The position numbers were made by a program, and so were the translations under genes. From Sedimentisphaerales bacterium (GTDB lineage: Bacteria; Planctomycetota; Phycisphaerae; Sedimentisphaerales; Anaerobacaceae): DNA of 64,000 nt. The notes below the pieces were generated by a model that did not search any database, was not told the DNA's origin, and saw only the letters and a list, made by a program, of their open reading frames with translations. The stretch lies in contig JAXGYC010000007.1 of assembly GCA_040772485.1 (NCBI GenBank), positions 32,001 through 96,000 on the forward strand. Reading direction: 5' to 3'. Shown here piece after piece: positions 10,206 to 19,443 of this stretch. Every line of letters starts with the position of its first letter. Within the stretch, counting starts at the first letter, position 1.

Positions 10206-11533
10206 TGGAATCGTCTCGTGTAGTTGTGACGGGGCTGGGGGCCGTCAGCCCTCTGGGGCTCAGCGCCGATCAGATGTGGGCCGGGCTTTGCGAGGGACGC
10301 TGCGGCATCGGTCGCATCAAGGCGTTCGATCCTGCGGGCCTGTTCTGTGAACTGGCCGGCGAGGTCCCCGCATACAGCATCCAGGACTACGTTCCACGCA
10401 AATACCGCAAGAGCTGCAAGCTGATGTGTCGGGACATCGAACTGGCGGTCATCGCGGCCCACCAGGCCGTGGCTGCCAGCGGACTGGTCACCAAGGGAGT
10501 CGATCCGGATCACGTCAGCATCGACCCGACCCGTATGGGTGTCAATATGGGGGCGGGCATCATCAGTTGCGACATGGTGGAGCTGGCGCCGGCCGTAGCC
10601 GTCAGCACCACCGACGGCCGCTTCGACATACGCAAATGGGGTCAGGTCGGCCTTGAGCACGTCACGCCTCTGTGGCTGCTGAAGTATCTGCCGAACATGC
10701 TGGCCTGCCACATCGGCATCATCCATGACTGTCAGGGCCCCAGCAACACGATCACCTGTGCGGAGGCGTCCGCCCACCTGGCGATCGCCGAGGCAGCCCA
10801 GGTCATCGCACGAGGCGACAGCGACATCGCTCTGGCAGGCGCCGCCGAGGCGAAGGTCAATCCGGTTATCATGGTCCGCCAGATCCTGCTCGAACGGACG
10901 AACAACATCAGTAACGATCGCCCCGCAGAAGCCTGTCGGCCCTTCGATGGAGACGCGCACGGGTCGGTCTTCGGCGAGGCCGGCGGCGTGCTCGTGCTCG
11001 AAAGCCTCTCTCATGCCCGGCGGCGCGGCGCCACGATTCTGGCCGAACTTGTGGGAATCGGGCACAGTCACTGTGTCGATCCGGCCTACGCACGGCTCGA
11101 ACCGGACGGCGAGGCGGTCCGCATCGCCATCACGAAGGCGCTCGACGACGCGGACCTCGACGCCCGGCAGGTCGATCTGCTCATCCCGCACGGAACGGGG
11201 CTGCCGCAGGACGACCTGGCGGAGGCCAGGGGGATCGAGGCCGCCCTCGGCGACGCGGTCGGCCGGGTTCCTGTCTGGCCGACCAAGAGCATGCTGAGCA
11301 CGACAGGCGCCGCCTCGGGCGCGTTGGACGCGATCGCCACCGTGCAGGCCATCGGGGCGGGTATGATCCCGGCGGCCAGGAATCTCACCAGGCCGCTCGA
11401 CGGCTGTCATCTGCGCATCTCCACCGAGCCGGTCCGGCGTCGCATCGACTATGCGATCTGCTGCAGCTACACGCATGGCGGCCAGACCGCCGCCCTCGTG
11501 TTCAAACGCTGCGACGAGGGGGCTGCGAGCTGA
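10205..11533 (+). CDS. Ketosynthase-fold protein lacking the catalytic Cys (chain-length-factor-like)
   Basis: VVVTGLG, RPFD, GEAGG, HGTG; active site reads ITCAEAS (Glu at the Cys position); KSMLST replaces KSMxGH. Confidence 0.85.
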   Translation: MESSRVVVTGLGAVSPLGLSADQMWAGLCEGRCGIGRIKAFDPAGLFCELAGEVPAYSIQDYVPRKYRKSCKLMCRDIELAVIAAHQAVAASGLVTKGVDPDHVSIDPTRMGVNMGAGIISCDMVELAPAVAVSTTDGRFDIRKWGQVGLEHVTPLWLLKYLPNMLACHIGIIHDCQGPSNTITCAEASAHLAIAEAAQVIARGDSDIALAGAAEAKVNPVIMVRQILLERTNNISNDRPAEACRPFDGDAHGSVFGEAGGVLVLESLSHARRRGATILAELVGIGHSHCVDPAYARLEPDGEAVRIAITKALDDADLDARQVDLLIPHGTGLPQDDLAEARGIEAALGDAVGRVPVWPTKSMLSTTGAASGALDAIATVQAIGAGMIPAARNLTRPLDGCHLRISTEPVRRRIDYAICCSYTHGGQTAALVFKRCDEGAAS

Positions 11534-11534
11534 T

Positions 11535-12875
11535 ATGAAGACGCCCAAAAGCCACGAACGCATCGTCCTGACCGGAATGGGGATCGTCTCTCCTCTGGGC
11601 CATGACATCGAAAGCGTCTGGAAGGCCATCCTGGCCGGCCGCAGCGGCACCGCCCGCACGACGATCTTCGACGCCTCCACGTTTCCGACCACATTCAGCG
11701 CAGAGGTGAAAGACTACGATTTCCGGCGCCACGTTCAGCACCCGTCTCGACACGACCAGTGCAGTCGCAGCTCGGGTTTCGTCATCGGGGCCACGGTGCA
11801 GGCCTGCCGCCAAGCCGGGATAGACGTCGAATCACAGGCCCCTGCCGACCGCATCGATCGCACGAGAATGGGCATCTACCTCGGCGCCGGGGAAGGCTCC
11901 CTCGATAGCGATGCGTTCTTCGCCGGCATCCTCGCCGCCTGGAACGCCGAACGCAACGAGTTCGCCTGGCCCCATGCGAACCGCATCGTGCAAAAACAGA
12001 TGCAGGCCGCTCACGAACTCGAGCAGGAGCCGAACATGGCGGTGGCGCACATCGCCCGACTGACCGGCGCCAGAGGCCCGGCCCGCAGTTGCCTGACCGC
12101 CTGCGCCGCCAGCACTCAGGCGGTGGGCGAGGCCATGATGCTCCTGCGTCGGGGGCAAGCCGACGTCATGATCGCCGGGGGCGCCCACTCGATGATTCAC
12201 ATCCTGGGACTGACCGGTTTCAACCGGCTCACCGCTCTCTCGACGCGGAACGACAGCCCGGAAACCGCTTCCCGCCCCTTCTGTGCCAGCCGTGACGGCT
12301 TCGTCCTCGGGGAAGGCGCGGCGATCGTCGTTCTCGAATCGCTGACCTCCGCCCGCAAGCGAGGCGCGACGATCCTGGCGGAGCTGATCGGCTACGGCAG
12401 CAGCTCCGACGCCTATCGCGTCACCGACATGCACGACGAGGGACGCGGCGCGGTCCAGGCGATGCGGGCGGCGCTGGCGGACGCCGGACTGACGTATCGC
12501 GACATCGACTACATCAACACGCACGGCACGAGCACCCACGAGAACGATGCCGTCGAGACGCTGGCTATCAAGACCGTGTTTCAGGAGCGGGCCAAACAGG
12601 TCCCGGCCAGCAGCGTCAAGAGCATGCTGGGCCACCTGATCGCCGCCGCCGGCGCCGCCGAACTGATCACCTGCGTGCTGGCCATCCGGGACGGGATCGT
12701 CCCGCCGACCATCAACCTGAACGACCCCGATCCCGAGCTCGATCTCGACTACGTGCCGAACGCGGCCCGCAAGATGCCGCTTCACATCGTCATGAACGAA
12801 TCGTTCGGATTCGGCGGCCAGAACAACGTGGTCATTCTCAAACAATACTCGGAGGCCCGGGAGAAACCGCTTTGA
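11535..12875 (+). CDS. fabF: Beta-ketoacyl-ACP synthase II-like (FabF), intact triad
   Basis: TACAAS, HGTST, KSMLGH, SFGFGGQN; ATG at 11535. Confidence 0.9.
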   Translation: MKTPKSHERIVLTGMGIVSPLGHDIESVWKAILAGRSGTARTTIFDASTFPTTFSAEVKDYDFRRHVQHPSRHDQCSRSSGFVIGATVQACRQAGIDVESQAPADRIDRTRMGIYLGAGEGSLDSDAFFAGILAAWNAERNEFAWPHANRIVQKQMQAAHELEQEPNMAVAHIARLTGARGPARSCLTACAASTQAVGEAMMLLRRGQADVMIAGGAHSMIHILGLTGFNRLTALSTRNDSPETASRPFCASRDGFVLGEGAAIVVLESLTSARKRGATILAELIGYGSSSDAYRVTDMHDEGRGAVQAMRAALADAGLTYRDIDYINTHGTSTHENDAVETLAIKTVFQERAKQVPASSVKSMLGHLIAAAGAAELITCVLAIRDGIVPPTINLNDPDPELDLDYVPNAARKMPLHIVMNESFGFGGQNNVVILKQYSEAREKPL

Positions 12876-12923
12876 TGCGCTCCGTCTGTCCCACGGGACC
12901 GGCGTTCTCCGCCAGGAGAGACT

Positions 12924-14201
12924 ATGATTGACATTAGAGAACTGCGAGACCATCCCGATGTCTACATCCAGGCGGCCATAGACAAACGCATCCCCGCCGA
13001 CATTTCGAAACTGCTGGAGCTCGACCAGCGTCTGAAGGACGTCAAGGCCCGGCTTCAGGACATCGCCACAGAGAAGAACCGGATCGGCAAGTCTGTGCCC
13101 AAGCTGGGCGGCGCCGAGAAGGAAGCGGCCCTGCGCGAGTTGTCGCGGCTGAAACAGGAGGAAGAGGACGATCAGAATCAGGTCAAGCAGTGGCAGCCGC
13201 AGTTTGACGCGCTGATGCTCCAGGTTCCCCAGCCGGCCGATGCCGAGGTCCCCGTGGGCAAGGACGACACCGAGAACGTCGAGCTGCGCCGCGAAGGCCA
13301 AGTGCCGTCGTTCGACTTCGAAGTGAAAGACCACGTCGAACTCGGAGTCGCGTTGAACATGATCGACATCGAACGCGGCGTGAAACTGGCAGGCACGCGG
13401 AACTACTTCCTCAAGGGCGACGGCGCCCTGCTGCACTGGGCGGTGCTGCGCTTCGCGATCGACTTCATGGTCGAGCGGGGCTATGTCCCGATGTCCGTGC
13501 CGCTGCTGATGCGCGACGAGGCCATGCAGGGGACCGGCTATTATCCGGGCTCCGAAGAGCAGACCTACCGGATGGAGAAAGACGAGTTGAGCCTGGTCGG
13601 CACGGCGGAAGTGCCGCTGACCGCCTACCGCATGGGCGAGATTCTCCAGGACGAGGAGCTGCCGCTGAAGTTCGTGGCGCTGTCGAGCTGTTTTCGCCGC
13701 GAGGCCGGCGCCGCGGGCAAAGACACCTACGGCCTCTACCGCATCCACCAGTTCGACAAGGTCGAACAGGTCGTCATCTGCCGCAACAGCGACGAGGAAA
13801 GCGCCAGGTTCCACGAGGAGATTCTGGCCAATTCCGAAGGGGTGATGAAGGCCCTCGGACTGCCCTACCGCGTCGTGGTGGTCTGCACGGGCGACCTCGG
13901 CCGGGGCCAGGCCAAGAAATACGACATCGAAGCCTGGATGCCCTCGCGAGGCAACTACTGCGAAACGCACAGCGCCAGCAAATTCTACGATTTCCAGGCG
14001 CGCCGCATGAACCTGCGATACAAAGACACACAAACGAAGAAGAACCTCTTCTGCCACACGCTGAACAACACGGTGATCGCCTCGCCGCGCGTGCTGATCC
14101 CGCTGATGGAGCTATACCAGAACGCGGACGGATCGATCACGATCCCCCGGGTGCTGCGTCCTTACATGGGTGGCAGAGAGAGGATTGCCGCACGAAGCTG
14201 A
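12924..14201 (+). CDS. serS: Serine--tRNA ligase
   Basis: N-terminal coiled arm, GTAEVP, FRREAG, YRIHQFDKVE, HTLNNT. Confidence 0.97.
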   Translation: MIDIRELRDHPDVYIQAAIDKRIPADISKLLELDQRLKDVKARLQDIATEKNRIGKSVPKLGGAEKEAALRELSRLKQEEEDDQNQVKQWQPQFDALMLQVPQPADAEVPVGKDDTENVELRREGQVPSFDFEVKDHVELGVALNMIDIERGVKLAGTRNYFLKGDGALLHWAVLRFAIDFMVERGYVPMSVPLLMRDEAMQGTGYYPGSEEQTYRMEKDELSLVGTAEVPLTAYRMGEILQDEELPLKFVALSSCFRREAGAAGKDTYGLYRIHQFDKVEQVVICRNSDEESARFHEEILANSEGVMKALGLPYRVVVVCTGDLGRGQAKKYDIEAWMPSRGNYCETHSASKFYDFQARRMNLRYKDTQTKKNLFCHTLNNTVIASPRVLIPLMELYQNADGSITIPRVLRPYMGGRERIAARS

Positions 14202-14220
14202 CCGTCGGCCGGCGCGCAAC

Positions 14221-14261
14221 AGAAAAGGCGGCCCACAGGTTCAATGAACCTGAGGCCGCCT
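14221..14261 (-). terminator. Intrinsic terminator between convergent serS and gspD
   Basis: aggcggcc/ggccgcct plus caggttca/tgaacctg stem, followed by TTTTCT on the minus strand. Confidence 0.65.
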
Positions 14262-14282
14262 GAATCGCATGACATCTCGTGG

Positions 14283-17200
14283 CTACTTCTTCTTCGGAGC
14301 CTTTTCCTCCAGCTCCCGCCGTGTTTCTTCCAACTGGCTCGTCAGTTCATTCAGTCGTCGGCGGCTGCCGTCGATCTCGTTTCTGGCCTTCTCCGAGATA
14401 TCCTCGACCGCCTCGTCCATCACGAACGGAGTGACGAACACGATCAGCTCGCTGTTGGACTGAACGACGTCGTTGTGCTGAAACAGTCCGCCCAGCAGCG
14501 GCAGGTCGCCGAGCAGCGGCAGCTTGCGTTTGACGGCCGTGTCCTTCTCAAACAACATTCCGCCGAGCATGATCGTCTCGCCATCCTGAACCACCATGTT
14601 CGTCTTGCTCTCCACTTTGCTGCGCACCGGCTGGTTGTTGATCACCTCCGTCGTCAACTGAGACAGGTCGACGCGGATCTCCATGTCCACGCGCCGTTCC
14701 GGGGTGATGCTTGGACGGACCTGCATCGTCATACCGACGTTCTTGAACTCCACGTTCTGCGTCACGCCCACGTTGGCCGAACTGGTAGAGCCGGCCAGGA
14801 AGGCCACCTCCTGGCCCTTGAAGAACATCGCCTCTTCGTTGTCCTCCGTCCACAGCGTCTGCTGGTTGAGGATCTTGGCGTGGGTCGTCTTGATCAGGAA
14901 ATCGATCAACGCGTAGACCGCCGAGGTCCCGCCCACGATGGTGCCGGTCCCTTCGGCGCCGAGCGGCGTGTCGCTGGCCACTGCGGAGCCACGGGTCGCC
15001 AGATTCGTGAGCTGGCCCAGCGCCGTCACCGCGTTCTCCCCGAGATTGCTGAAGGCGTTTGGGTTGGTCGCCAGTTGGACGCCCAGAGAGGTCATGCTCC
15101 CGTGCTCGACTTCAACCACGATCGCCTTGACGAGCAACTGCTTGCCCGGGGTGTCCAGTTGCTTGATCGTCGCTTCGAGGCTGTCCTGAAACTCCGGGGC
15201 CGCAAGGACCAGAACGGATTTGCTGCGCGGATCGGGGATGAAGCGAACCTTGCCGATCACGTTGCTGATCGGTTCCTCGTCGGTGCGCTGCCGGGCGCCG
15301 GCGGACCACCAGGGCGTGTACTCGTCGCTGCTGCCTGCGTCCCTCGGATTGTTGTTGCCGGCGTTGGGCCCGCCGCCCTGGCCCCCTTGCGAGCTATCCA
15401 TCGAATATTCGGAAAGACCAGTCATCTGCCGGCGGATGCGGGCGGTCGTGCCGGGTTCGTTGAACATGGCATTGAGACGCTCCGCGAGATCCTCGGGATC
15501 GGCGTACTGCAACGGGACCACGTTGGGGATCTCCGCCATCTCCTGCCGGTCCAAGTCGTAGATCAACTGCTCGATCACGTCGTAGGCCTGCGGGATCTTG
15601 CTGATCACAATGATCTTCTTGGTTCCGGGCACGTCCTCGAACGTGAGCTGGCCGTATAGCGGGCCGACGATCTTCTTGCGTTCGTTGCCCGAGCCGCCGT
15701 AAAGGATCAGGCGGATCAGGTTGGAACTGGTGCTCTCCTGGTCAGCGGAGAACAGCTTCGCCAGCAACTGGGTCATCTGCACGGGGTCGGAGTTTCGCAG
15801 CTCGATGATGCGCGGCTTGACCGCGTCCACGTCCAGCGGCACGTCCCATTCCTCGATCTGCTTCTCGATCTTCCGCATGTTCTCGGGCGAGGCAATCACC
15901 GTGACCTGGCCCATCGTCGGAAACGCGATCACCTTGACCGTGTCGGAGTCCGGCCCCTGGCTGCCGCGACCGTAACGATAGTAGTAGTACGAATCGTATT
16001 CCGGGATTTGGTCGCCATAGAGGTTGTCGAGGTTCTCCTTGATCTGCTCGGGATCGGCGAACTTGAGGTCGAACTTCTTGGTCTCGAACGTTCCGGCGGG
16101 AATGTCGATCTCGGTAATCAGTTTCTTGACCATGTCACGCAGATCGGCCCGGCCGAAGATCATGATCTGTTTCGATCGCTCCAGCGGCCGAATCAGGATG
16201 CTGGGGGCCAGTTGCGTGCCCGGCATGTCCCGCAGCGCCTCCTCGATCCGGCTGGCCACTTCCCGCGTATCCGCGTAGGCAATGGCCACCGTCTCGTATT
16301 CCGAGGCGACCGGCTCTTCGCGATCGAGCTTCTGGATCCACTCGCCGATCTGCTTGATGTCGTCGGCCGAGCCTCGCGCGATGATCCACTTGGCCTTCGG
16401 CACGGGAATCAGCACGATCGGCACATCCCCGGCTCCGATCACGACGGAGGTGGCCGTCGTACTCGCAGCGCCCGGCGCGCCTGGACGGCTCGGCGCCCCC
16501 GATGGCCGCCGGCTGCTGCTGTAGACGTTTCGGCTGGGAGAGCCACCTCGGCGGCCGCCGGTCGGAGCCTCCCCGAGAAGCATGCGAAGCAACTGGACGA
16601 TCTCCGCTGGATCGCCATACTTGATCTCGAAAAACTGCTCCACAGCCCGGCCTGCCTCCGGCACGTCAAACTGAGCGATGATATGTCCGATGGACATGAG
16701 GTTCCCGACCGTGTCGATCACCAGGAGCATCCCGGTGGTTTCATCGACACTGACGTGGCCGTATTGCCCGACCAGCGGCTGGATGATCTCGCCCATCTGG
16801 GCGGGAGGATAGTTGCTCAGCCGGAAGAACTTGCGCACGATCTGATCGCGGTTCTCGATCATGGCCAGAGGCTCATCCGGCCCGACCGTCGGGACCACAC
16901 CCAGCTTCGCATCGGCAATCGGCTTGAGAAAGAGCATGTCGTCGATCTCTTCGACCACGAAGCCCTTCATGCGCAGCGCGCTGTAGATCGTCGAGAGAGC
17001 CTTGGCCCGCGGCAGCTTGTCCGGCGCGTAGATCGTGATCTTCTGCTTCATCGCGTCGTCGTGCGGAATCACGGTCTTGCCCGTCCACTCGGCGATCTTG
17101 TCGATGATCTTCTTCATCTCGACGTCTTTGAGATTGACCGCCTCCATGGGCTCGCCCGACTCGGACACCGCGTTCGGTTCGGAGACGTCGGCCCGGCCCC

Positions 17201-17495
17201 TTCTGCCCCGGGCGGAACGCCCCTCGGGACGGTTGGGGTCGGGCGCCTGACCTTCCGGCCTGTCCGCATCCGGCTCGTTGGCGTCGCCTACCTGGTTCGC
17301 ATCGGGCGACGCATTGGGCTCTGCCTCGGCCGGCGGCTCGTTGGGAGCGGGACTTGCCGCACGAGGCGATGCGGCCTCGACCGTCCGCGCCAGCGTCGGC
17401 ACGCCCGACTTGGGAACCGAGAAACCGACGCGCCAGACGATGATCCCGGCGGCCGCAAACACGATCACCCACAAGAGTATCTTGGACCGTTCCAC
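14283..17495 (-). CDS. gspD: Type II secretion secretin GspD (1070 aa)
   Basis: N0 domain, repeated N domains (L.YADP..I), C-terminal VQDGETIMLGG..KLPLLGDLPLLGGLF..ELIVFVTP. Confidence 0.92.
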   Translation of the reverse strand: MERSKILLWVIVFAAAGIIVWRVGFSVPKSGVPTLARTVEAASPRAASPAPNEPPAEAEPNASPDANQVGDANEPDADRPEGQAPDPNRPEGRSARGRRGRADVSEPNAVSESGEPMEAVNLKDVEMKKIIDKIAEWTGKTVIPHDDAMKQKITIYAPDKLPRAKALSTIYSALRMKGFVVEEIDDMLFLKPIADAKLGVVPTVGPDEPLAMIENRDQIVRKFFRLSNYPPAQMGEIIQPLVGQYGHVSVDETTGMLLVIDTVGNLMSIGHIIAQFDVPEAGRAVEQFFEIKYGDPAEIVQLLRMLLGEAPTGGRRGGSPSRNVYSSSRRPSGAPSRPGAPGAASTTATSVVIGAGDVPIVLIPVPKAKWIIARGSADDIKQIGEWIQKLDREEPVASEYETVAIAYADTREVASRIEEALRDMPGTQLAPSILIRPLERSKQIMIFGRADLRDMVKKLITEIDIPAGTFETKKFDLKFADPEQIKENLDNLYGDQIPEYDSYYYYRYGRGSQGPDSDTVKVIAFPTMGQVTVIASPENMRKIEKQIEEWDVPLDVDAVKPRIIELRNSDPVQMTQLLAKLFSADQESTSSNLIRLILYGGSGNERKKIVGPLYGQLTFEDVPGTKKIIVISKIPQAYDVIEQLIYDLDRQEMAEIPNVVPLQYADPEDLAERLNAMFNEPGTTARIRRQMTGLSEYSMDSSQGGQGGGPNAGNNNPRDAGSSDEYTPWWSAGARQRTDEEPISNVIGKVRFIPDPRSKSVLVLAAPEFQDSLEATIKQLDTPGKQLLVKAIVVEVEHGSMTSLGVQLATNPNAFSNLGENAVTALGQLTNLATRGSAVASDTPLGAEGTGTIVGGTSAVYALIDFLIKTTHAKILNQQTLWTEDNEEAMFFKGQEVAFLAGSTSSANVGVTQNVEFKNVGMTMQVRPSITPERRVDMEIRVDLSQLTTEVINNQPVRSKVESKTNMVVQDGETIMLGGMLFEKDTAVKRKLPLLGDLPLLGGLFQHNDVVQSNSELIVFVTPFVMDEAVEDISEKARNEIDGSRRRLNELTSQLEETRRELEEKAPKKK

Positions 17496-17537
17496 TTTCT
17501 TCTCCTCGTATCAATCGGTTGGTCTCTCGTTCGCCTG

Positions 17538-18056
17538 TCAGTTCGAATCGACGGCGTTCGGCTCCGGTTTTGCAGTCGGCGCGTTCACGTCGTTGGGCGA
17601 TGCCGTGCGAGGCCGTCCCGACATCGCCGCGAAGACGGCTGCTCTCTCTTCCATGGACATCTGCGGCCATTTCTGCCGCAGCTCCTCCAGTTCCTCCGGC
17701 GACAGATGGGACAGTCGTCCCGGCTCCCTGCCCGAGGTGCGAAGTTGCTCACGCAGGGCCTCACGTCGCTGCTGCTTCTGCTCCTCCGTAAGGGCGCCGG
17801 CCTCGGCAAGCTGCTCGGCCTTCTCCTGTTTGGCCGCCGCCAACTGCTCGGGGGTGGGCGCCGGTTTGCTTTGCGCGCTGCGCCGTCCGGGAACCAGCTT
17901 CTCCAGATTGGCGATCTCGTTGGGTTCGGCTGCGACCGGCGGCGCGGGTTCGCTCGTGCCCGTGCGGGCCTGCCGGATCAACAGACCCAGCCCGTAGGCC
18001 GCGCCAAGCACGATGGCGACGCAGACGAGAGAGACGACAATGTTGCCCTGTTTCAT
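17538..18056 (-). CDS. Hypothetical membrane-anchored protein in the T2SS operon
   Basis: N-terminal TM, Pro-rich linker, helical LSPEE..W..MS.EER tail; operon position. Confidence 0.7.
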   Translation of the reverse strand: MKQGNIVVSLVCVAIVLGAAYGLGLLIRQARTGTSEPAPPVAAEPNEIANLEKLVPGRRSAQSKPAPTPEQLAAAKQEKAEQLAEAGALTEEQKQQRREALREQLRTSGREPGRLSHLSPEELEELRQKWPQMSMEERAAVFAAMSGRPRTASPNDVNAPTAKPEPNAVDSN

Positions 18057-18112
18057 ATCCCTGATCCTTCTTCTGCGGATGTCATTATCCTGTCCGGCCT
18101 GCCGGCTGCCCC

Positions 18113-18853
18113 TTACATGTCCCCTCTTTCCATGGCCTGGACAGCCTGCTGCTTCTGTTCGTCGGGCATCTTATTCCATTGTTCTTTGGCCTCGGCCTTT
18201 TCCTCCTCGGACAGACTGTTCCACTTCTCAAGGAACTTGGTCCTCAGAGCGTCCGGCACCTTCACCCCCATCCAAGCCAGCGGGTCGTCGTCGGCCGGCG
18301 TGGGAGCGGCGGTGACTTTCACGGCCTCCGTCTTGCCCTCCGGTCGGGGGGGCCTCGGCTCCCGTGACCGCGCCCTTGCGGCCTCCGGCGGTCCGGGAGG
18401 TCCCGAGGGCCTGTCCCCATCGGCCTCGAACGGCGAGAACGTCTTCTTCTGGCCGTTCCATTCCACCGTAACCTTCGTCGGCTCGATGGCGAGGATCGTG
18501 GCGTCACCCACCTTCTCGCCCACCTTGTACAGTTTGTCTCCGATCAGGACCTCGGCGCCCAGGATGCCGTCGATCTGTTTGACCGGGTGTTCCTTCGGCG
18601 GTTCCTTGCTGAAGAGGTTCTTCTTCTTCAGCGCCTCGGCCGCCTCGCGGGCCTTGTCGAGATACGGCTTGACCTCGTTCGCGTCCGGGGCGCTGCGGGC
18701 CATCGCCTGCGCGACCCGATCCTCGGCATGAGCCGGCCCGTTGAAATACCCCACGACTCGGGCGCACGCCCAGGCGCCGAGCAGAACGGTGGCCGCGACC
18801 AGGCCGAACCGCGCCCGATCCATGTGTCTCTTCGTGGTACTGTCGAAGGCCAT
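18113..18853 (-). CDS. Hypothetical protein, possibly GspC-like
   Basis: N-terminal TM, GILGAEVLIGDKLYKVGEKVGDATILAIEP (HR-domain-like); ATG at 18853. Confidence 0.6.
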   Translation of the reverse strand: MAFDSTTKRHMDRARFGLVAATVLLGAWACARVVGYFNGPAHAEDRVAQAMARSAPDANEVKPYLDKAREAAEALKKKNLFSKEPPKEHPVKQIDGILGAEVLIGDKLYKVGEKVGDATILAIEPTKVTVEWNGQKKTFSPFEADGDRPSGPPGPPEAARARSREPRPPRPEGKTEAVKVTAAPTPADDDPLAWMGVKVPDALRTKFLEKWNSLSEEEKAEAKEQWNKMPDEQKQQAVQAMERGDM

Positions 18854-18857
18854 GGTT

Positions 18858-19424
18858 CTATTTCCCTCCCAGCGCCGTGGGTTTGATGGACGGCCGTCGT
18901 ACGAAGGCCGAGACGACCAGGTCGATTTCAATCTGCTTTCGCTTCTCCGGCGGTTCCTTGGTGTCGCAGCGAATGCGCAGCTCCTCGATCCCTACCAGGT
19001 GCGGGTTCTCCGGCGAAGCCGCCAGGAAGTCGAGCAACTGCGGCAGCTCGCACTTGCCGCTGCACTTGACGCGCATCACATCGTACGGCAGACCCAGCTT
19101 CTTCTTCGTGCCCAGGATCGCCAACGGCTCCGTCTTGACGCCCGCCTTCTTCAGTTGCTCGTACAGGCAATCTCGAACGAGGAACTGCTGTTTCTCTTCG
19201 AGCTGCGGCATCTCGGCCACCGGGACGATCGACAGGAGCGCCGCCTGCTTGACCGGGTCGGCGGTCACCGTTTCCAGTTGGCGGCGCGCGGCCTTCAGGG
19301 ACGCTCGCACCTCGCCCCATCGATCGAGACCTTTGAGGCCGAAGTGCAGGGCGACGATCACGAGAGCCGAGACGCCTCCAAAGATCAGAATGCGCACTTC
19401 GCGTTGTGTCAGTTTCCTTGCCAT
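18858..19424 (-). CDS. GspM/PilO-like protein
   Basis: LTQRE..L plus TM, coiled coil, ferredoxin-like C-terminus (QLLDFL...IEELRI). Confidence 0.7.
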   Translation of the reverse strand: MARKLTQREVRILIFGGVSALVIVALHFGLKGLDRWGEVRASLKAARRQLETVTADPVKQAALLSIVPVAEMPQLEEKQQFLVRDCLYEQLKKAGVKTEPLAILGTKKKLGLPYDVMRVKCSGKCELPQLLDFLAASPENPHLVGIEELRIRCDTKEPPEKRKQIEIDLVVSAFVRRPSIKPTALGGK

Positions 19425-19443
19425 AATCCGCTTTCGTCGAAGC

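Noticed and set aside
12924..14201. SerRS as a tailoring enzyme of the KS cluster
   Set aside because: Full-length canonical SerRS with its tRNA-binding arm; adjacency alone is insufficient
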